Shown: positions 26,940 to 41,492, numbered from the stretch's first letter. The stretch: 64,000 bases of DNA from Eledone cirrhosa (GCA_964016885.1 OZ024750.1:49910001-49974000); one strand, 5' to 3'. Made by a program: numbers and translations. Notes: a model not told the origin generated them from the sequence alone.

Positions 26940-28111
26940 AAATGAATTGTCTTCAAATCCTTGATATGAGGGAGAAAATTAAGATTGGTCACTCACAGAG
27001 TTTAGTCCCTCATATGAAGATCAAGCAGTCAAAACACGGCGACTGCTATCGTCGTTAGTTAGGGTTATAAAACCATTAAGTCTCTATCTCCCAATGGCTG
27101 AAAAAGACGCTGGACATCAATCAAATCTGTAGAATTACAGTCAGTCACAGTTAATGTGAATGGGTACACACACACACACACATGACGCAAGGTCAAATAA
27201 AAACATATACCAACACAGCATCAAATCTATAGAACTATAGACGGTCACAGTTAGTGTGAGTGAGTACACACACAATCACACACACCGACACGAGTTTAAA
27301 GAATAAATACAAATATACCAACGTATATTCACCGAAAGTTAGTTTACAAAACAACAAATGCTATATTGGTCAAATCTCAATTTGACGATGTAAATTGGAA
27401 AAAGTGGGTCAACCGCAACCCTATACAACGCAAGTAAGTTCAGTTCAATGTACTGCTATACGTGTATAGGTTGAATTGTAACATCCGTATCTCCAAATAG
27501 TGTATGTTATGGTATATACATCCGTATCATCCCAAAATCTGTATGTTTAGGTATATACACATACATGTGAAGAGCATGTAGTCAGCTCATATCGAACTCA
27601 GTATGTGCCGTTGTCCCATTAAGAATCTGAGTCCCCAAATCTGCACGTGCAAGCAACCGCTATGTAGGCCACCAAGGGGCTCTGTGTAGGGTTGGGAACT
27701 TGGATTAAGATGCCAGTACGTGCGATTTCCCGTCATATGGGCCCTTGGGCTTTTAAGATAGGTGTTTGAGTGGTGGAGGTGTGTTATCCAACACAAAAAG
27801 CAAAATAAAATAACATGATATGATTGTGTGGGTCTGTGTGTGTATACTATGTGTGCGTGTGTATTTTTGATGGTATGTGATTATACGTGTTTCTTCGTGT
27901 GATTGTTTGTGTGCACGTGTTCATGTGTATTCACCAGCTGAATGTTGTATGTCTGTTCACAGAACACCTTCCAGACAAAGAAATCTGTCAATACAGTAAA
28001 ATTATGTATATATAATTCCTGAAATCACTTCCTATATCATGACTTACGTATGTAGCAATAGTGTTGTCATATATATCTATATATCTATATCTGTATATAT
28101 ATATAAATATC

Positions 28112-28162
<51 letters not shown>

Positions 28163-28163
28163 T

Positions 28164-28196
<33 letters not shown>

Positions 28197-28581
28197 GTTT
28201 TGTATCCATGAATGTATGTATGTGCGTATGTAAGTAAGTGCGTATGTAAGTAAGTGTGTATGAAAATGAGGAAGATAGAGAGTTTAAAACATAGCAATTT
28301 AATATAATAGAAAATACTATAGATGGCGTGTATCTATGTAATTTATTTACGTAATATATTGAGGCAGACCGAGTAGTTTTTTTATAAACAATCGAATTTA
28401 AAAATATATACTGCTATCGTTTTACTGTTCATTTGCAGATATGAGCATATAATTGGAAGATATGTTTTACATCATATGACAGAGACAGTGCAATATTTTA
28501 CCATATATTTACTGGAATCGTATCTATGATTTCTCCAATGGTCAAATAAATCTTGCCATAGAATATCCCTATATACATCCC

Positions 28582-28633
<52 letters not shown>

Positions 28634-28636
28634 CAC

Positions 28637-28735
<99 letters not shown>

Positions 28736-28738
28736 CAC

Positions 28739-28776
<38 letters not shown>

Positions 28777-28806
28777 AGATCAAAAGATGGTTAAAAGAGT
28801 TCCATG

Positions 28807-28877
28807 TATTTTATTATGCGCATTTCAAAAACAAATATCATCATGGGATGATATTTGCGTTCTCATCAGATAAAATA
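28807..28877 (-). ncRNA. Type I hammerhead motif, family H2
   Basis: tattttat CTGATGA gaac gcaaatatcatc ccat gatgatatttgt tttt GAAA tgcgca TA ataaaata; 8-bp stem I, 12-bp upper stem II, palindromic UGCGCA, AUA site. Confidence 0.8.
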
Positions 28878-29611
28878 GGGAGACATGATATGAAGCTTAA
28901 AAAAAAAATGCGAGCAGTCAAGTGTTAAATTAACATAAGGAAACTAAATAAGATGGATATAAGAGATTGGGAAAAAGAGGAGGATGGGGGAAGGAAAATG
29001 TAAGGAAGAGGAAGAAAGAAAATAAAGGATGATGTGGGGAGGAGTATAAGAAGGAAGGATGAAAGAGGAGGTGAAATGACTGAGAGAGAGAGATAACCTT
29101 TAATACTGAGAAACACTGTCTCACAGAGAAAATTAAAAAAAAAACTTTTGCAAGATAATACATAATTTAAAACAAATTTTGAAATTAAAAGTGAGTGAGG
29201 TTTATGAATAGTGATTTTTATGAATAAAGAAAAAGGAATTAAGAATAGTATTTATTTAAGGTTTATATCTTGAAGCATTTAATAATATGTGCGAAAAGGA
29301 ATTTATTAATATGCATTATTAAAATAAAATTATTAAGGATATAAGGGGAATGAAGAAGAGATTAAATGAATTATGAACTTAGAGGAATTAGTTAGGGTTT
29401 AAGTTTGTTTTTATGTATTGTAATATGAAAAAGTAAATAATAAGTTTAATAAGAGCGCGGAAGGAGAGAAGAAAGAAGAACAATTAAGGAAGAAAAAATA
29501 TAACGTGAAAAAAAAAATATATGTTTACAAAATTTACTAATGGTAATATTAGTATATATTAAAAATATAGTTTGTATGGCCAAGAATATAAGGAAAATTC
29601 TATAAGGAGTA

Positions 29612-29780
29612 ATAATTGTTTCTACGTTAGGCACAAGGCCAGCAAATACCCAGTGCATTACTGGTACTTTAATTTATCGACCCCGTAAGGATGAAAGGCA
29701 AAGTCAACCTCGGCGGGATTTGAATTCAGATCGTAAAGCATGGCGTCCGACCCTCTACCTATACTGCCAATCCACCGCCC
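29612..29780 (-). mobile_element. SINE copy with both ends and a short internal deletion
   Basis: Reverse complement of the SINE consensus, including A and B boxes. Confidence 0.85.
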
Positions 29781-30029
29781 TATAGTGAATAATAACATGA
29801 ATTAAGAAGTAATTGAAAAGTAAAAGTTACAGATTAAAGATTAGAAATTAAAAAAGAAAAAAGGAAGGAAAAAAGGATAAAAAAGAAGACATATAGAGGA
29901 CCGCTAACGACACAGAATGAGTAAATTGTATAATATAATATACTGAAATAAGGTAGAAAGATGGGTATATTTGTAAAAGATATAAAAGCGTATGAGAAAA
30001 GATTTAAAACTAATTAGGCATTGAGATAT

Positions 30030-30290
30030 TAACTGTTTACTTTATGGAATGTTCTATGGGATTTATGCAAGCAGAGCGAAAATAAATCCGTACGTCTATT
30101 TATTATAGAATTAAAATTAGAGATAATGGTAAATGTCTCGGCTAGGCAGAGAATACATGTTCTGGATAGGGGGGCAATTCCGGTAAGGAGAAGCGTTGCA
30201 AACCTTCCTCCAAGAGATGTTGTAGTTAATATATTTTGTCTTTTAAGGATCATATGAGTTATGAGAGTGCCGTGTTAGTTCTTTTACTAA
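30030..30290 (-). pseudogene. Penelope-like GIY-YIG C-terminal remnant
   Basis: SRTCILCLAETFTII...IINRRTDLFSLCLHK matches the C.LC..E...I....LN.R.E....C.H pattern, also seen at 33254-33745. Confidence 0.65.
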
Positions 30291-30441
30291 TTATTTTACC
30301 TAGTTTGGTTCCACTCTAAAGCAAGATTTTATAATCACAATTCGTCCTTTAAATACCAACTCAAAAGAACTAATACTGATCGTTTATGCACATGCGCGTT
30401 CGTACGTTTGTCCTTCCTGTTCCATATAATCATGTCCATTA

Positions 30442-30479
30442 CGAGCTGAGGATCCGCTAAGGTGAAACCATTGTTCTCG
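30442..30479 (+). ncRNA. Minimal type I hammerhead motif
   Basis: cgag CTGAGGA t cc gctaa gg t GAAA ccattg TT ctcg; stem I 4 bp; stem III is a near-palindrome. Confidence 0.6.
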
Positions 30480-30584
30480 GTATGCTGTACTAACCGTTGT
30501 GTAACCACTTCTACCTAACTCGTCCGAGGACAGAGTTGTCTACCACTGTCTACCACTACGGATATTAACTCTCTCTCTCTCTCT

Positions 30585-30669
<85 letters not shown>

Positions 30670-31005
30670 GGACAATATTTCGAATGTAAGCTATCATAAA
30701 GCTGACTAGACTGAAAATCTAAGAAAATGCAAAACTTTCAAACGCAGAAAATAGTAGTAAGCACATTCTATTTCTAAAAATAATTGCTTAGAAAACATGA
30801 GTGGTGAGCTGGGGAGTTTAGCTCGATGGAAAAGCACTCCACCGATATTTGAGAACTGTTTGAGAGACTGCTGGCCAATTGTTCTGTTCAATGGGGTATT
30901 TTATCCAATTGTCTATCTTACTAGCAAATACTGTGGTTACAGAATTCAATATATTCTTAGATTAAATATATATATATATAATTCATTATTATTATTATTA
31001 TTATT

Positions 31006-31219
31006 GGCGGTGGATTGGCAGTATCGGTAGAGGGTTGCATGCCATACTTTTTCGCATAAAGTACGGCCCTTTCTATTCTGAGTTCAAATCCGCCAAGGTT
31101 AACTTTGCTTTTCATCCTTACGGGGTCGATAAAATAAAGTACCAGTAATGCACTGGCTAACTACTGGCCTTGTACCAAATAGAAACAATTATTATTATTT
31201 TTATTATTATTATTATTAT
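31006..31219 (+). mobile_element. Full-length SINE in (ATT)n
   Basis: A box tggcagtatcgg, B box gagttcaaatcc, core, (ATT)n tail. Confidence 0.9.
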
Positions 31220-32075
31220 ATTTGGGAGGGTCATGTTGTCCTAATATTCACAAAAATTAGTAAAACTGTTTGGTTTGATTCGGTTTGGTTTGGTCTGGTT
31301 TGGTCTGGTTTGGTTTCATGTTCGCTTCATTACATATTTTCATATTTTAGTTTGCAATTATTTTTTATCATTGATTGACCAATGATTAAATATATAAATA
31401 TGAATATAATTCATCAAAGTTCTTTCGTCACACAAAATTGTGACATGTTGAGTGATTATCAAGATTCCTCGCGTTGTGTTTATATAAAGTTTATTTATTA
31501 ATTGTTTCATATTGTTTTCTCTGTTTGCACATGTGTACATGTGCGTGCCTTCAATTTAGTGTGTGCTCATGTGTTCGTGTCTGAGTTTGTGTCTGTTAAT
31601 GTGTTTGAAAGCAACATTTGGTCACAAGTGTGTTTTTGAGTGTGGGTGTTGTTATTGCATCTGCAATGTTGATTCCAGTGTCGGCCTAGATCGATACAGA
31701 TCAATAGCTCAATACGTTATTTTAATATCTACTCCACATTTGTATAATATTTTTCTACTCGATTTTTATTTTTATTTATTTCTAAATAAATAAAAAGAAA
31801 ACAGAGAAGAGATTACAACACAATGGGAGGAAATATAATAGTACCATTGGTAATGTCACAGGTGTGTGATGAAAGAACATTGATAGACTACATATATGTA
31901 TTTATATCTATATCTTTAACCATTGGTCAATCAATGATAAATAATGATTGCCAGCTAAATTAACTGTATGGAAATAACATACAGAAGCGTAAACCAATAC
32001 AAATCATACAAGTGTGTTTTAATATATATTTCTGGAAATATTATAACAATATGACCCTCAACAAATATAACAATA
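31215..32075. repeat. Fold-back element with diverged inverted arms of about 230 bp
   Basis: tatttgggagggtcatgttgt / atatgaccctcaacaaata; ttatcattgattgaccaatg / cattggtcaatcaatgataa; gttctttcgtcacac / gtgtgatgaaagaac. Confidence 0.75.
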
Positions 32076-32139
32076 TTTGTTTCAACGTACGATTTCATAA
32101 ACCTTGCAAAATACACACACACACACACACACACACGCG

Positions 32140-32273
<134 letters not shown>

Positions 32274-32445
32274 CACACACACGAATATATATATATATAT
32301 ATATATATATGTAAAAGTACTATTTAAATTGCAAAACACGCGCCATGGGCGCAAATATTTTTATAACTGATATAAAGCACTCAACAAATAATTGGAGTAA
32401 AAATACGATATTAACAAATGGAAACTATATTTATAAAACCATATT

Positions 32446-32510
32446 TATTTCATTATACATATTTCAAGGACACCAAGTTAAATTATGGTATGCTTTCATC
32501 AGATAAAATA
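32446..32510 (-). ncRNA. Type I hammerhead motif related to family H2
   Basis: tattttat CTGATGA aagcatacc(loop)ggtgtcctt GAAA tatgta TA atgaaata; same stem I as 28807 with a different but paired stem II. Confidence 0.72.
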
Positions 32511-32677
32511 TAATATAGAGCAGTTTTATAAATAAATATTGACATACCCTTAAAGAATGCAACCATTACTGTTGGAAGCTCCCGGATAGTGGAGTTATAT
32601 ATTTACTTATATTATTAGGTAAGTTATTATTGGATATTTTGAAATAAGCCGTTGGGTTACGGAGAAAGATATATATA

Positions 32678-32709
<32 letters not shown>

Positions 32710-32940
32710 AGTATGTATGTATACGTACATACATATATGTATACAGACGTACAGTAGCATGTATATATATATATATATATATATATACATACAGGCACAC
32801 ATATATATATGCACGTATCAGTTTACCGAACATTTATTATAATGTTCGCTTTGTTCGTTTGTAAGCAAACGAACAGTCTGATTTACGCCGAACAGTGTTT
32901 AGGCAACCACGTCACCTTTTTGTTCAACACTGACACAGGA

Positions 32941-32983
32941 ACGATGTACTAGTTTCAAGCTTGTTAGCTATCGTCAGCACCGT
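32941..32983 (-). ncRNA. Minimal type I hammerhead motif (Penelope type)
   Basis: acggtg CTGACGA t agct aaca agct t GAAA ctag TA catcgt; 6-bp stem I (one G-U), ACTAGT palindrome, GUA site. Confidence 0.8.
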
Positions 32984-33214
32984 ATACCTTTCTGCCAGAT
33001 GGTTGAACGTCCGAAAGTATATACTTTCCTTATGAAAATTAACGGCTGAGCAGCCTAATTTGCATATCGAGTGAGTTCAGTCAGCCAGGCGCACCGAAAA
33101 CGATAAATGGAATAGAATGAAACGAAATTTCATTTCTCACTCTTAGTACGGCACTTACTTAAATGTAAGTATGTATGTATACGTACATACATATATGTAT
33201 ACAGACGTACAGCA

Positions 33215-33745
33215 CATAAACATAGTAACATTTTTAATAGAAATACCATTAAAATGTCTTACTCTACAACTCCTAACCTTGCACATAACATCACAGATTC
33301 AAATTTATCTAAATTACGTAGCCGTAGAAACACGTGCAACCCTGTATCTAGTACTAACTTTAATTGTAGGAATCGTGTTGACAACCCCCTATCCGGGAAA
33401 TGCCTCTCTAGTAACATTGTCTACAATAGATTCAAGCAGCGTCTTTACATGCATACCGATTCTTTTCTTAACCCTTTAAGAAGGAATATGACGTCACTTT
33501 CAGCTTATATCTGGAGTCTAAAAGACAACCACAGCCAATATAAGTTACACTGGGAGCTCCTAGCTAAGGCTAGATCGTATAACGGAAATAAAAGACCATG
33601 TGACCTCTGTGCCGCTGAGGCTCTGGAAATACTATACACCAAAGACCACATCTTAAACAAAAAATCTGAAGCAATTTCGGCTTGTAAACTTAAATTGCAC
33701 AAAACCTTCCTGTATTACAGCCCCACATTATACCCTAACGGATAG
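33215..33745 (+). pseudogene. Penelope-like element 3' part (linker plus GIY-YIG endonuclease)
   Basis: MSYSTTPNL, NCRN...PLSGKCL..NIVY, FKQRLY.H, TSLSAYIWSLKD, CDLCAAE, ILNKKSE...C. Confidence 0.85.
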
Positions 33746-34929
33746 TACGAACTATACGCGGATATTTTACGTCTTCATGTGATAGCTAAGTATTTGTTAT
33801 GATTATACCATTACTTATTTGTATAGGTAAGTATATATTACCTGTATTTTTTGTGAAGGTACGTATATGTGCTGGTATATGTTATGGCCTATACATTATA
33901 TACGTGCATTTGGTTATGTGTATGCGTGAGTTTTGCGTCTGTATGAGTATGCTGGTTCGTACCAATGTAGGATGTGTGTATATGCGTTCTTTAATGTTTT
34001 GGTTGACATAACTCCAAAACTATATATATATAGTATCCACTAAGTATCCATTTATAGTGATAGGATTATCCTGGATGCAGTAATGGTTAATTACTACACT
34101 GGATAGAGTTGACGTACGGTGAAGGGTTACTCAACGAGTTATGGAAGAATAGTTGCAGGAACTCTGTTCCTGATCCTTCTGTATTCCGGAGTGTTGATAA
34201 AGAATGAATAATAACAGGTAGACATCATAAAAAGGTAATTAATTCTGTGTTCTTCCAAATTTTGCCACGGTGGTTATACAGCCTAGATATGCTATGTGCA
34301 AATTTATAACTATTTGCAAAACTCAGTTATCGAATGCGGTGACCACTGTATCATCAGAGCAGAATGGTTAAAATGTAAAAGATGAAATACACTTAAGTGA
34401 GGTTATTGGGAAAGATAGAGTAGAAAAGGAAGAGAGAAAGAAGGGGGAGGTGGAGAGAGAGAGAAAAATATGCAGGGGTTGGAGAAATGGGAGCGAGTGG
34501 TTTGTAGAATACAGATATCTTAATCAGTATGTTTTGGTATGTATTTTATTATACTGGTTAACTCTTAAAGCGACAACCTTAAGCGCTGCGTTGATAGTTA
34601 AGGTTGGAATTATTTATTGCCACAGAGATGGAGAGGGGACATACGAAAGCTATGGGATGTGTGTACATTGAGTTCATAGTTGTAGGCTACAAATTGCACT
34701 AAGTATCCATTTATAGTGATAAGCAAGGTATTGTCTTGTAGTGTGGTGGATATAGTTAAGAAATTGTTATTGAGAGAAAGTAGTTAGCTAGAAAGCAATG
34801 TTAAGTTACGGGTTCGAATGTTAAGTTATTTTATAGTGAGATAATTTAGCCTTCAGTTTGTGGTTGCAGTATAAAGATCGTCCGATTCTGTCATTTAGTA
34901 ATTTAATTTTGGATTTTAAGATTGATATC

Positions 34930-36650
34930 GATACATACAACAGCTTCATACGCAAAAACTACACAAGAAATATAGAAAAACAAGTGAAACTACGCTAGCA
35001 AATATTAACAACAAGGAATACAAGGTGGTGATGAATCTCAAGATAGACGATAGAACCGAGCCGAATATATCCGCAACCCTCACCGTTAACCTGAAGGACC
35101 ATAAGATACATTTTGACTCTAACCCTAAAATTAGACTTATATGCCCTTCTAAATCAGACATAGGAAAAATTAGCAAACATATACTTGACCGAGTAATAAC
35201 TCAATTGAAAAAGAAAATAGACATTAAATTATGGGCAACACTAGCGAAGCAATTCGCTGGTTTAATAACCTTAAGAACAAGAATAAATCTAAGTTATACA
35301 ATTTGGTATAGACGAATACTACACTTCAATCTCACCCGGCACTCTACGTAAAGCTCTATCGTTTTCCAAAGTCAATTCCGACCTAACGGAGGACGAAATT
35401 AATATTATTCTAGAGGCTAGAAAAACTATTATCAAGTTTGATAACTGCTACTGGGAACAGACCCACAAACTTCGAGATTACCATGGGCTCCAACGACTCA
35501 GCGGAGGTCACCGATCTTGTGGGAATTTACATAGCCCACATACTACATTGTACATTTAGTAATCTACAGGGGGGAATATATAGAGATGACGTGCTCTTAT
35601 TAGTTAATAACTTAAATAACCAAAATCTTGAAAGGCTACGGAAAAACATTAGAAAATATTTTAGTGAACTGGGTCTAAAAATAACGTACGAATATAATCG
35701 TAAAGTAGTAGATTTTCTAGACGTAACTCTTAATTTAAATACCGGACTGATACGATCCTTCCACAAGATAAATGAGAACCTTACCTATATCAATTTTAAC
35801 TCAAGCCACCCACTTTCCATGATCAAATCGGTTCTCCGTAGTATTTCTCTTAGAATATCTCGCCTATCGTCTAACTCTGAGATGTTCAGTGAACATGCAG
35901 AATACTATAATAATGCATTAAGGAATTCCGGCCACCGGGGTACAATAGAATACATTGATAAGAATCTCCATAACACACATAGCTCTACACGAAATCAAAG
36001 AATACGTAACCGAGGAACATAAATACAAGCGCACACACGCAGTACCATCAGACATACTAATAATAGAAAATCATCACCAAATAACTCACGTTATAGAAAG
36101 TATATCTGGTATAATCCCATTTTTAATGCTTCGATTAGTACAAAACTATCTCTTTCATTCTTTAAGTTAATCAACAAGCATTTCCCTAGTTCCCGTAAAT
36201 ACAGTAGCATTCTGAACTCTAAGACTATTAAGCTATCATACTCCACTGCACCAAACCTTGAAGCATACATAAAAAAAATTAACTTAAAGCAATTAAACAA
36301 CACTACAAAACAACATATTTTAATAACAGATGAGAATAACTCAGTATAGGCCTCCCAACAACTAAATGGGAGACGGGTATTACACAACCCGCCTGCAATC
36401 CCAACCTATCCATGGTATACCCGCCTCCCACAATAAAAACAATACAAATTGTAACTGCCACGTACCTGAAAGATGTCCATTGAAGAATAAATGCCTAATG
36501 TCCAACATTGTTTATCAAGGCACTGTTGAATCAAACGACCAGAAATGGTATTAGATCGGGTCTACCACTACCTCCTTTAAATCTCGCTGGTATCGTCATC
36601 GATTCTCAATTAAACATCCTAATTACCGTTTTGTGACCACGCCCGCCAAG
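34930..36650 (+). mobile_element. Penelope-like retroelement (RT plus start of GIY-YIG), degenerate
   Basis: PKIRLICPSKSDIGKISK, ITMGSNDSAEVTDLVGIY, IYRDD, VDFLDVTLNL, SSHP, IWYNP, CNC...CPLKNKCL..NIVY...Y*IGST..SFKSRWYRH; stops and frameshifts. Confidence 0.9.
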
Positions 36651-36854
36651 AAGACGTGGCCACCTTTCACTGAACATCTACTACATACAATGTTTGATTC
36701 TAATATATATATATCGTTAACGTTAGAGAGAAGTAAAGTGCAGAACATCTACACACACACACACTCACACACACACTCACACATATGTTTATATATATGT
36801 GTGTGTGTGTGTGTGTCACCGTTCCTAGGTTATATATATATATATATATATATA

Positions 36855-39674
36855 CTAGCAGTTTAGCCCGGCGTTGCTCGGGTTTGTTCATTTGCTATGA
36901 AGAGTTACATACAGGTAAACGTGGCTTGAAAGCGAATAAGCTTATCAATTAAGCGCATAAAGCAGTTGAACCGGTTATGAAAACTTACGAACCAATTAGC
37001 ATTTTGGACAATCAATGATGGGTTAATAATCTTCCAATAGCGAATTTAGCAGACCAGAGTTGCAAGATGGTGGCCCTGATAGCGCTGGGTGTCAGAACTG
37101 TCCGCCAGGGGTGGCCCAACCAGGAAATAGTTTTCCAGACGGCACAGCTCCAACACCTCCAACACCTGCACCAACATCTATAGCACCTCTTTGTAGACGA
37201 TATTGCGTGTCATCCCTTGAGGAGTGTATGTAAAAAGTCCATTCCTCCTCCCTACACGGGAACAGGAAAGATAAAGTTGGCTATGGGAGAAGCATGGCTC
37301 GCCCATACGGATGCCCGCCACCGACATTGTTTTCCCTTGTGACTTGTTAATGGACATGGTATAACATGGTCTCACCGGGAATTGGGATTGACGGAAATCG
37401 AACGGGATGTCTGACGCCGAGGGGAAAATGTTCATCCTTGAAATGAAAATATTCTCCCCTCTCCCGCACCCTTTACAATGGTGGCGTCAATCAAGTGGGG
37501 CGTCAGTGAATTGACGACCATACGAGTAGCGTTGCACTGCTTTGGTGGACGCAAGTTCCTTATTAGAATAATGGGACAGCCAAACTTAAGCTTAGAAATG
37601 TGAGGTAGGAGCCCTGGGGACTCAGGATAATTTAATAATTCAGCCTTATAATTAACGATGTCGTCGGGGTCTGACGATCGCTCGATAGATTTGAAGATCT
37701 GCTCTTTACCGGGAATATTCTCAATCAGCTGCCATTTAATAAACTTAACTATGGCATTTTTCGGAGCAAGGATGTCTCTTTCGCTGAGCCAATCGAGGTT
37801 TTTAAAGTTAGATGAGACATGAGAAAAAACTGCTTCCCAAAGGTCAGAAGGGCTGTCACAATGTTGCACAGGGAGCCGATTGATGTGCCGCCCTTGTCAT
37901 GAGCAGGGACCTTGCCCTCACCAATTGCTAAAATGTTCTGAGCAAATGCTGCCTACAAATGAGCTCGCATATTTGTGCTCAGGTACAAACACTTCACATG
38001 GGGCCACAACGTGGACGATTTAAGGCAGGCACGTACTTCATCAGCTCCTGTCCCTTTGAGGATGACAGGTAGCGTTTGCCGAAAATCCCCTGATAGCAGA
38101 AGTGTTACGTCACCCATAGGAGCCGTATAATCCTTAATGCCTTTCAGGGTCCTGTCCAATGCCTCAAGGGCGCTCTTGTGTACCATTGTACACTCAACCC
38201 AAACAATGAGTTAACATTTTTTGAGAACCAGAGCTTCGTATCAGCTCTTGCTGATATTGCATGTTGGTGTCTCAGTTTTTACTAAATCCAAGGGGAGTTT
38301 AAAGGTTGAGCTTGCTCTCCTGCCTCCCGGGAACAAAGTAGCAGCGACGCCGGACGATGCACGGCCAACGCAATTGTGTACTCCTGACGAATCTTAGCGA
38401 GAATCAATTTCGTTACAAAAGTTTTTCCGGTACCCCCAGGAGCATTGAGAAAGTAAATACCCCCAGTCTGATTTTGAACCGCGTCAATGATAGTTAAATA
38501 GGCCAACATTTGGTCCGACTGAAGTTTGGGCTCATTTTCCTCTAACTATTGGGAAAGAGATTCGGTGTCATATGCTGTTTCCCGCAACAAATCCGGAGCC
38601 AACGTGTTACCTTCCTCTCTAGCGGTTGACGGCAAGCCATACGTCGCCAACTCACTCCCATCTATGTCGAGGAGGGCGTCCTCGACATCAATGTGTGCCC
38701 TGTTGTATATAATGTCGCTGTAACCAACTTCCACTGAAGTACACTGAAGATGAGCCAGGCGCAGGAAGTCCTCAGACATGAAGTCTCCTTACTTGACCCA
38801 TGAAGATTTGGGATCACCCAATTCACACTTTTGAAGCAAAATGGCAAAGAGTTCCCGTAGACTTTTAGGTGATTCCAACAAAGCACCCTCTGCTAAAGTG
38901 GAATCCCATTGCGAATCATCTTCCAAAAGACCACGCTTAAAGTAGGCTTCCTGGTACGTATCACATATTTCTCCATCAACAGTTTTGAAGTCCTGAAAAT
39001 GATGGGGGCCTATAACTTCATGCAGAAGAAGGCGGAGATGAAAGCATTCATGCTGACTTGGGGGCACAGTGTAAACCTTTCTAAGACAGCTGTCAAATTT
39101 TACACCAGTATTTCTTTCAACAGCCTGACCTGACTTTATTCGCACCCAAGTGTTTTTCGACCATATATAGTAGGATGGAACCTGGGGTACACAATTGTTT
39201 GCGCAAATGTATCAAACTGGCACAGTTTGAAGAAATCTGTCACAGTGGTCTCTTTCGGATCGGCGGCCAACTTGGCAGCGGTTTGGTCCGTAAAATATAC
39301 CCTTTGCCCATTTTCCAAATGTACCGCAAGCTATACGTGGGCGATTTAAAATGCCCCAGGAAAGCCGTATATCAATACGGAACTCCAATGACTCCCCCAG
39401 CAGTTGAATTATAGAGAGGGGGAATATTCTATTATAGAGAGAGGGAAGAGCGACGGAGAGAGTAAAGCTAAGAAACTATAGGGAGGTGTGTTAAACCTCA
39501 AAGCATTATCGGTTTTTGCCCTTATTGTTGATTGATTTGAGATGATTTTGCTTCAGGGCCTTCTCCTGACCAAAATCAATAATTGTCTCGCCTTTGAATA
39601 GAATCCATTGGAAATTGTGGACGTGCATACGTTACAAACCTTAACACACACATCCTCAGTTTTATATATATAGA
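36855..39674 (-). mobile_element. Helitron, internally deleted, both termini intact, decayed Rep/PIF1 helicase
   Basis: 5' A|TCTATATATATAAA at 39674; 3' hairpin cccgagcaacgccggg then CTAG|T at 36855; helicase motifs APGGTGKT, GDFRQTLP, LSTNMR, ILAPKN, QFPV...MSINKSQG, FSHSQLY..CSRV; ENGQRVYF. Confidence 0.93.
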
Positions 39675-40281
39675 TATACATGTGGGTGTGTGTGTGTGTG
39701 TGTGTGTGTGATTGTAACCATATATAGTTGACAATCAAACATGTGTCTAACATAACTACACACACACACACACAGATATAACACTAATTTAAGTACGCAG
39801 AAAAAAAAAATAAAAATAAAAAATACACACTTAGTCCCAGTACGACTCGTGTGGAAGAGAGGGAGAGGAGACATAAAGTTGAAGGATAGTTAAACAGCGT
39901 CTAAAGAATATATAAATAAAAGTTAGTTATCGAACCCTACTATCATTTCCCCTATTGTCCCTCACAATCTTTTTTGTTGTTACACTCTCTCATCCCCTCT
40001 CTCTTATCCGTGTATATCTCATCCCCACTCTCACTGATCCCTCTCTCCCTCACGCCCTCTCTCTACAGAATGGAGAACAAAAAAAATAAATGGATTATTT
40101 ATTCTATATTCATTAGAAAATAGGATAAATTGAGTTTAAATGAATACATAGCTTTGCAATTAAATAAAAGAAATTAAGAATTACATGTCCAAGTGTCTCG
40201 TATTTAGGTATATCTAATTTTGAGGGTTTTGGTCCGCAGTTAGCTAGTTTTAGGCAGACACACAGAATCGTGAACTTGCAT

Positions 40282-40338
<57 letters not shown>

Positions 40339-40450
40339 TAAACGGAATAGAAAATGCTGACAAATTGTTCACAGTTGAAAAATGGTTTAATTAGGAATAA
40401 AAGAGTATTAGTGATTGTATGGGTTAGTATTCAGTTGTGGTTTTAAGTTT

Positions 40451-40714
40451 TTAAGTTTTTTTGTTGTGATTTTGTATCATCTTCCAGAATGAGAACTTTC
40501 TGTCTCTGAGGGATTTGTTCCATTTTGGAATTGTTCGAATTTTCATTTTGTGTGAATCAATCTCACATGTTTCTTCGTTGGTTTTTCCTGGGTTGGTAGT
40601 AGTGAACATAGTTTGGATAGTATCGCAAAGGTTTTGGAGTTTGTCGCCGATTTCGGAGGGTTTGTATCCGGTGGCGGTTTCCTTATTTGTGGAGTCAAGT
40701 TTGTCGACCAGCAA
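40451..40714 (-). pseudogene. Probable retroelement N-terminal ORF fragment, family not assigned
   Basis: 87-aa ORF with WNKSLRDRKFSFW between (TA)n arrays; no catalytic motif. Confidence 0.25.
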
Positions 40715-40849
40715 AGATAGGTTGGTGTTGATTTTCTTGAGTTCCTGTATATATATATATATATATATATATAATCCCCTAGATTTGATTAACTAATTAA
40801 TTTAATTAGACAATTCCATTGATTGGTTAATTATTTATGTTTGTTTAAT

Positions 40850-40958
40850 AACTGTTTCTACTTTTGGCACAATGCCAGCAATTACCCAATGTATTACTGG
40901 TACTTTATTCTATCGACCTCGGAAGGATGAAAGGCAAAGTTAATCTCGGCGGGATTTG
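40850..40958 (-). mobile_element. SINE, 5'-truncated at the B box
   Basis: Reverse complement of the core and tail. Confidence 0.8.
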
Positions 40959-41492
40959 TTTAATAACGTCTAGTCGAGAGCTTTTCATTCAGAATGTGGA
41001 ATGGGATTGATTTCCTTTGTTCACACTTTCAATTTGCTCGCCAAAAACCGGGGGCTGCTTCCCTTGCTGCAAATAACATGTGTCAGCGAAACACTGAGGG
41101 CTGCCAACGGTAGCAGTTCGGCGTTACATTCCACATCGGCTTGAGGAATAGAACGACATTTCCGGTTGATGACGTGAATCCACTGTCCGATCATGGAATA
41201 CCACAGGTCTACATATTACGTAAGTTCGATGGATGATGATCGTTTTCATAGAAACCTGTCGGACGTATTGCAAAATATCATTCGATATCTCCAAGTCAGT
41301 TGTCTAACCTGATTAGCTTTTTCGTTGTGTTTGGTATTGTGTGGCTAGGTCTACCTGCTGCAATTTTCAATTGGTCAAGCTGTCTAAACGTATGTTTTTA
41401 TTCTAAGGCCTACTACCTTATTGAATGCCGCACCCAAAGCTTCGATTTTACTAAGCCTCCACTTGTATATATATTTCTCTCTCTCTCTCTAT

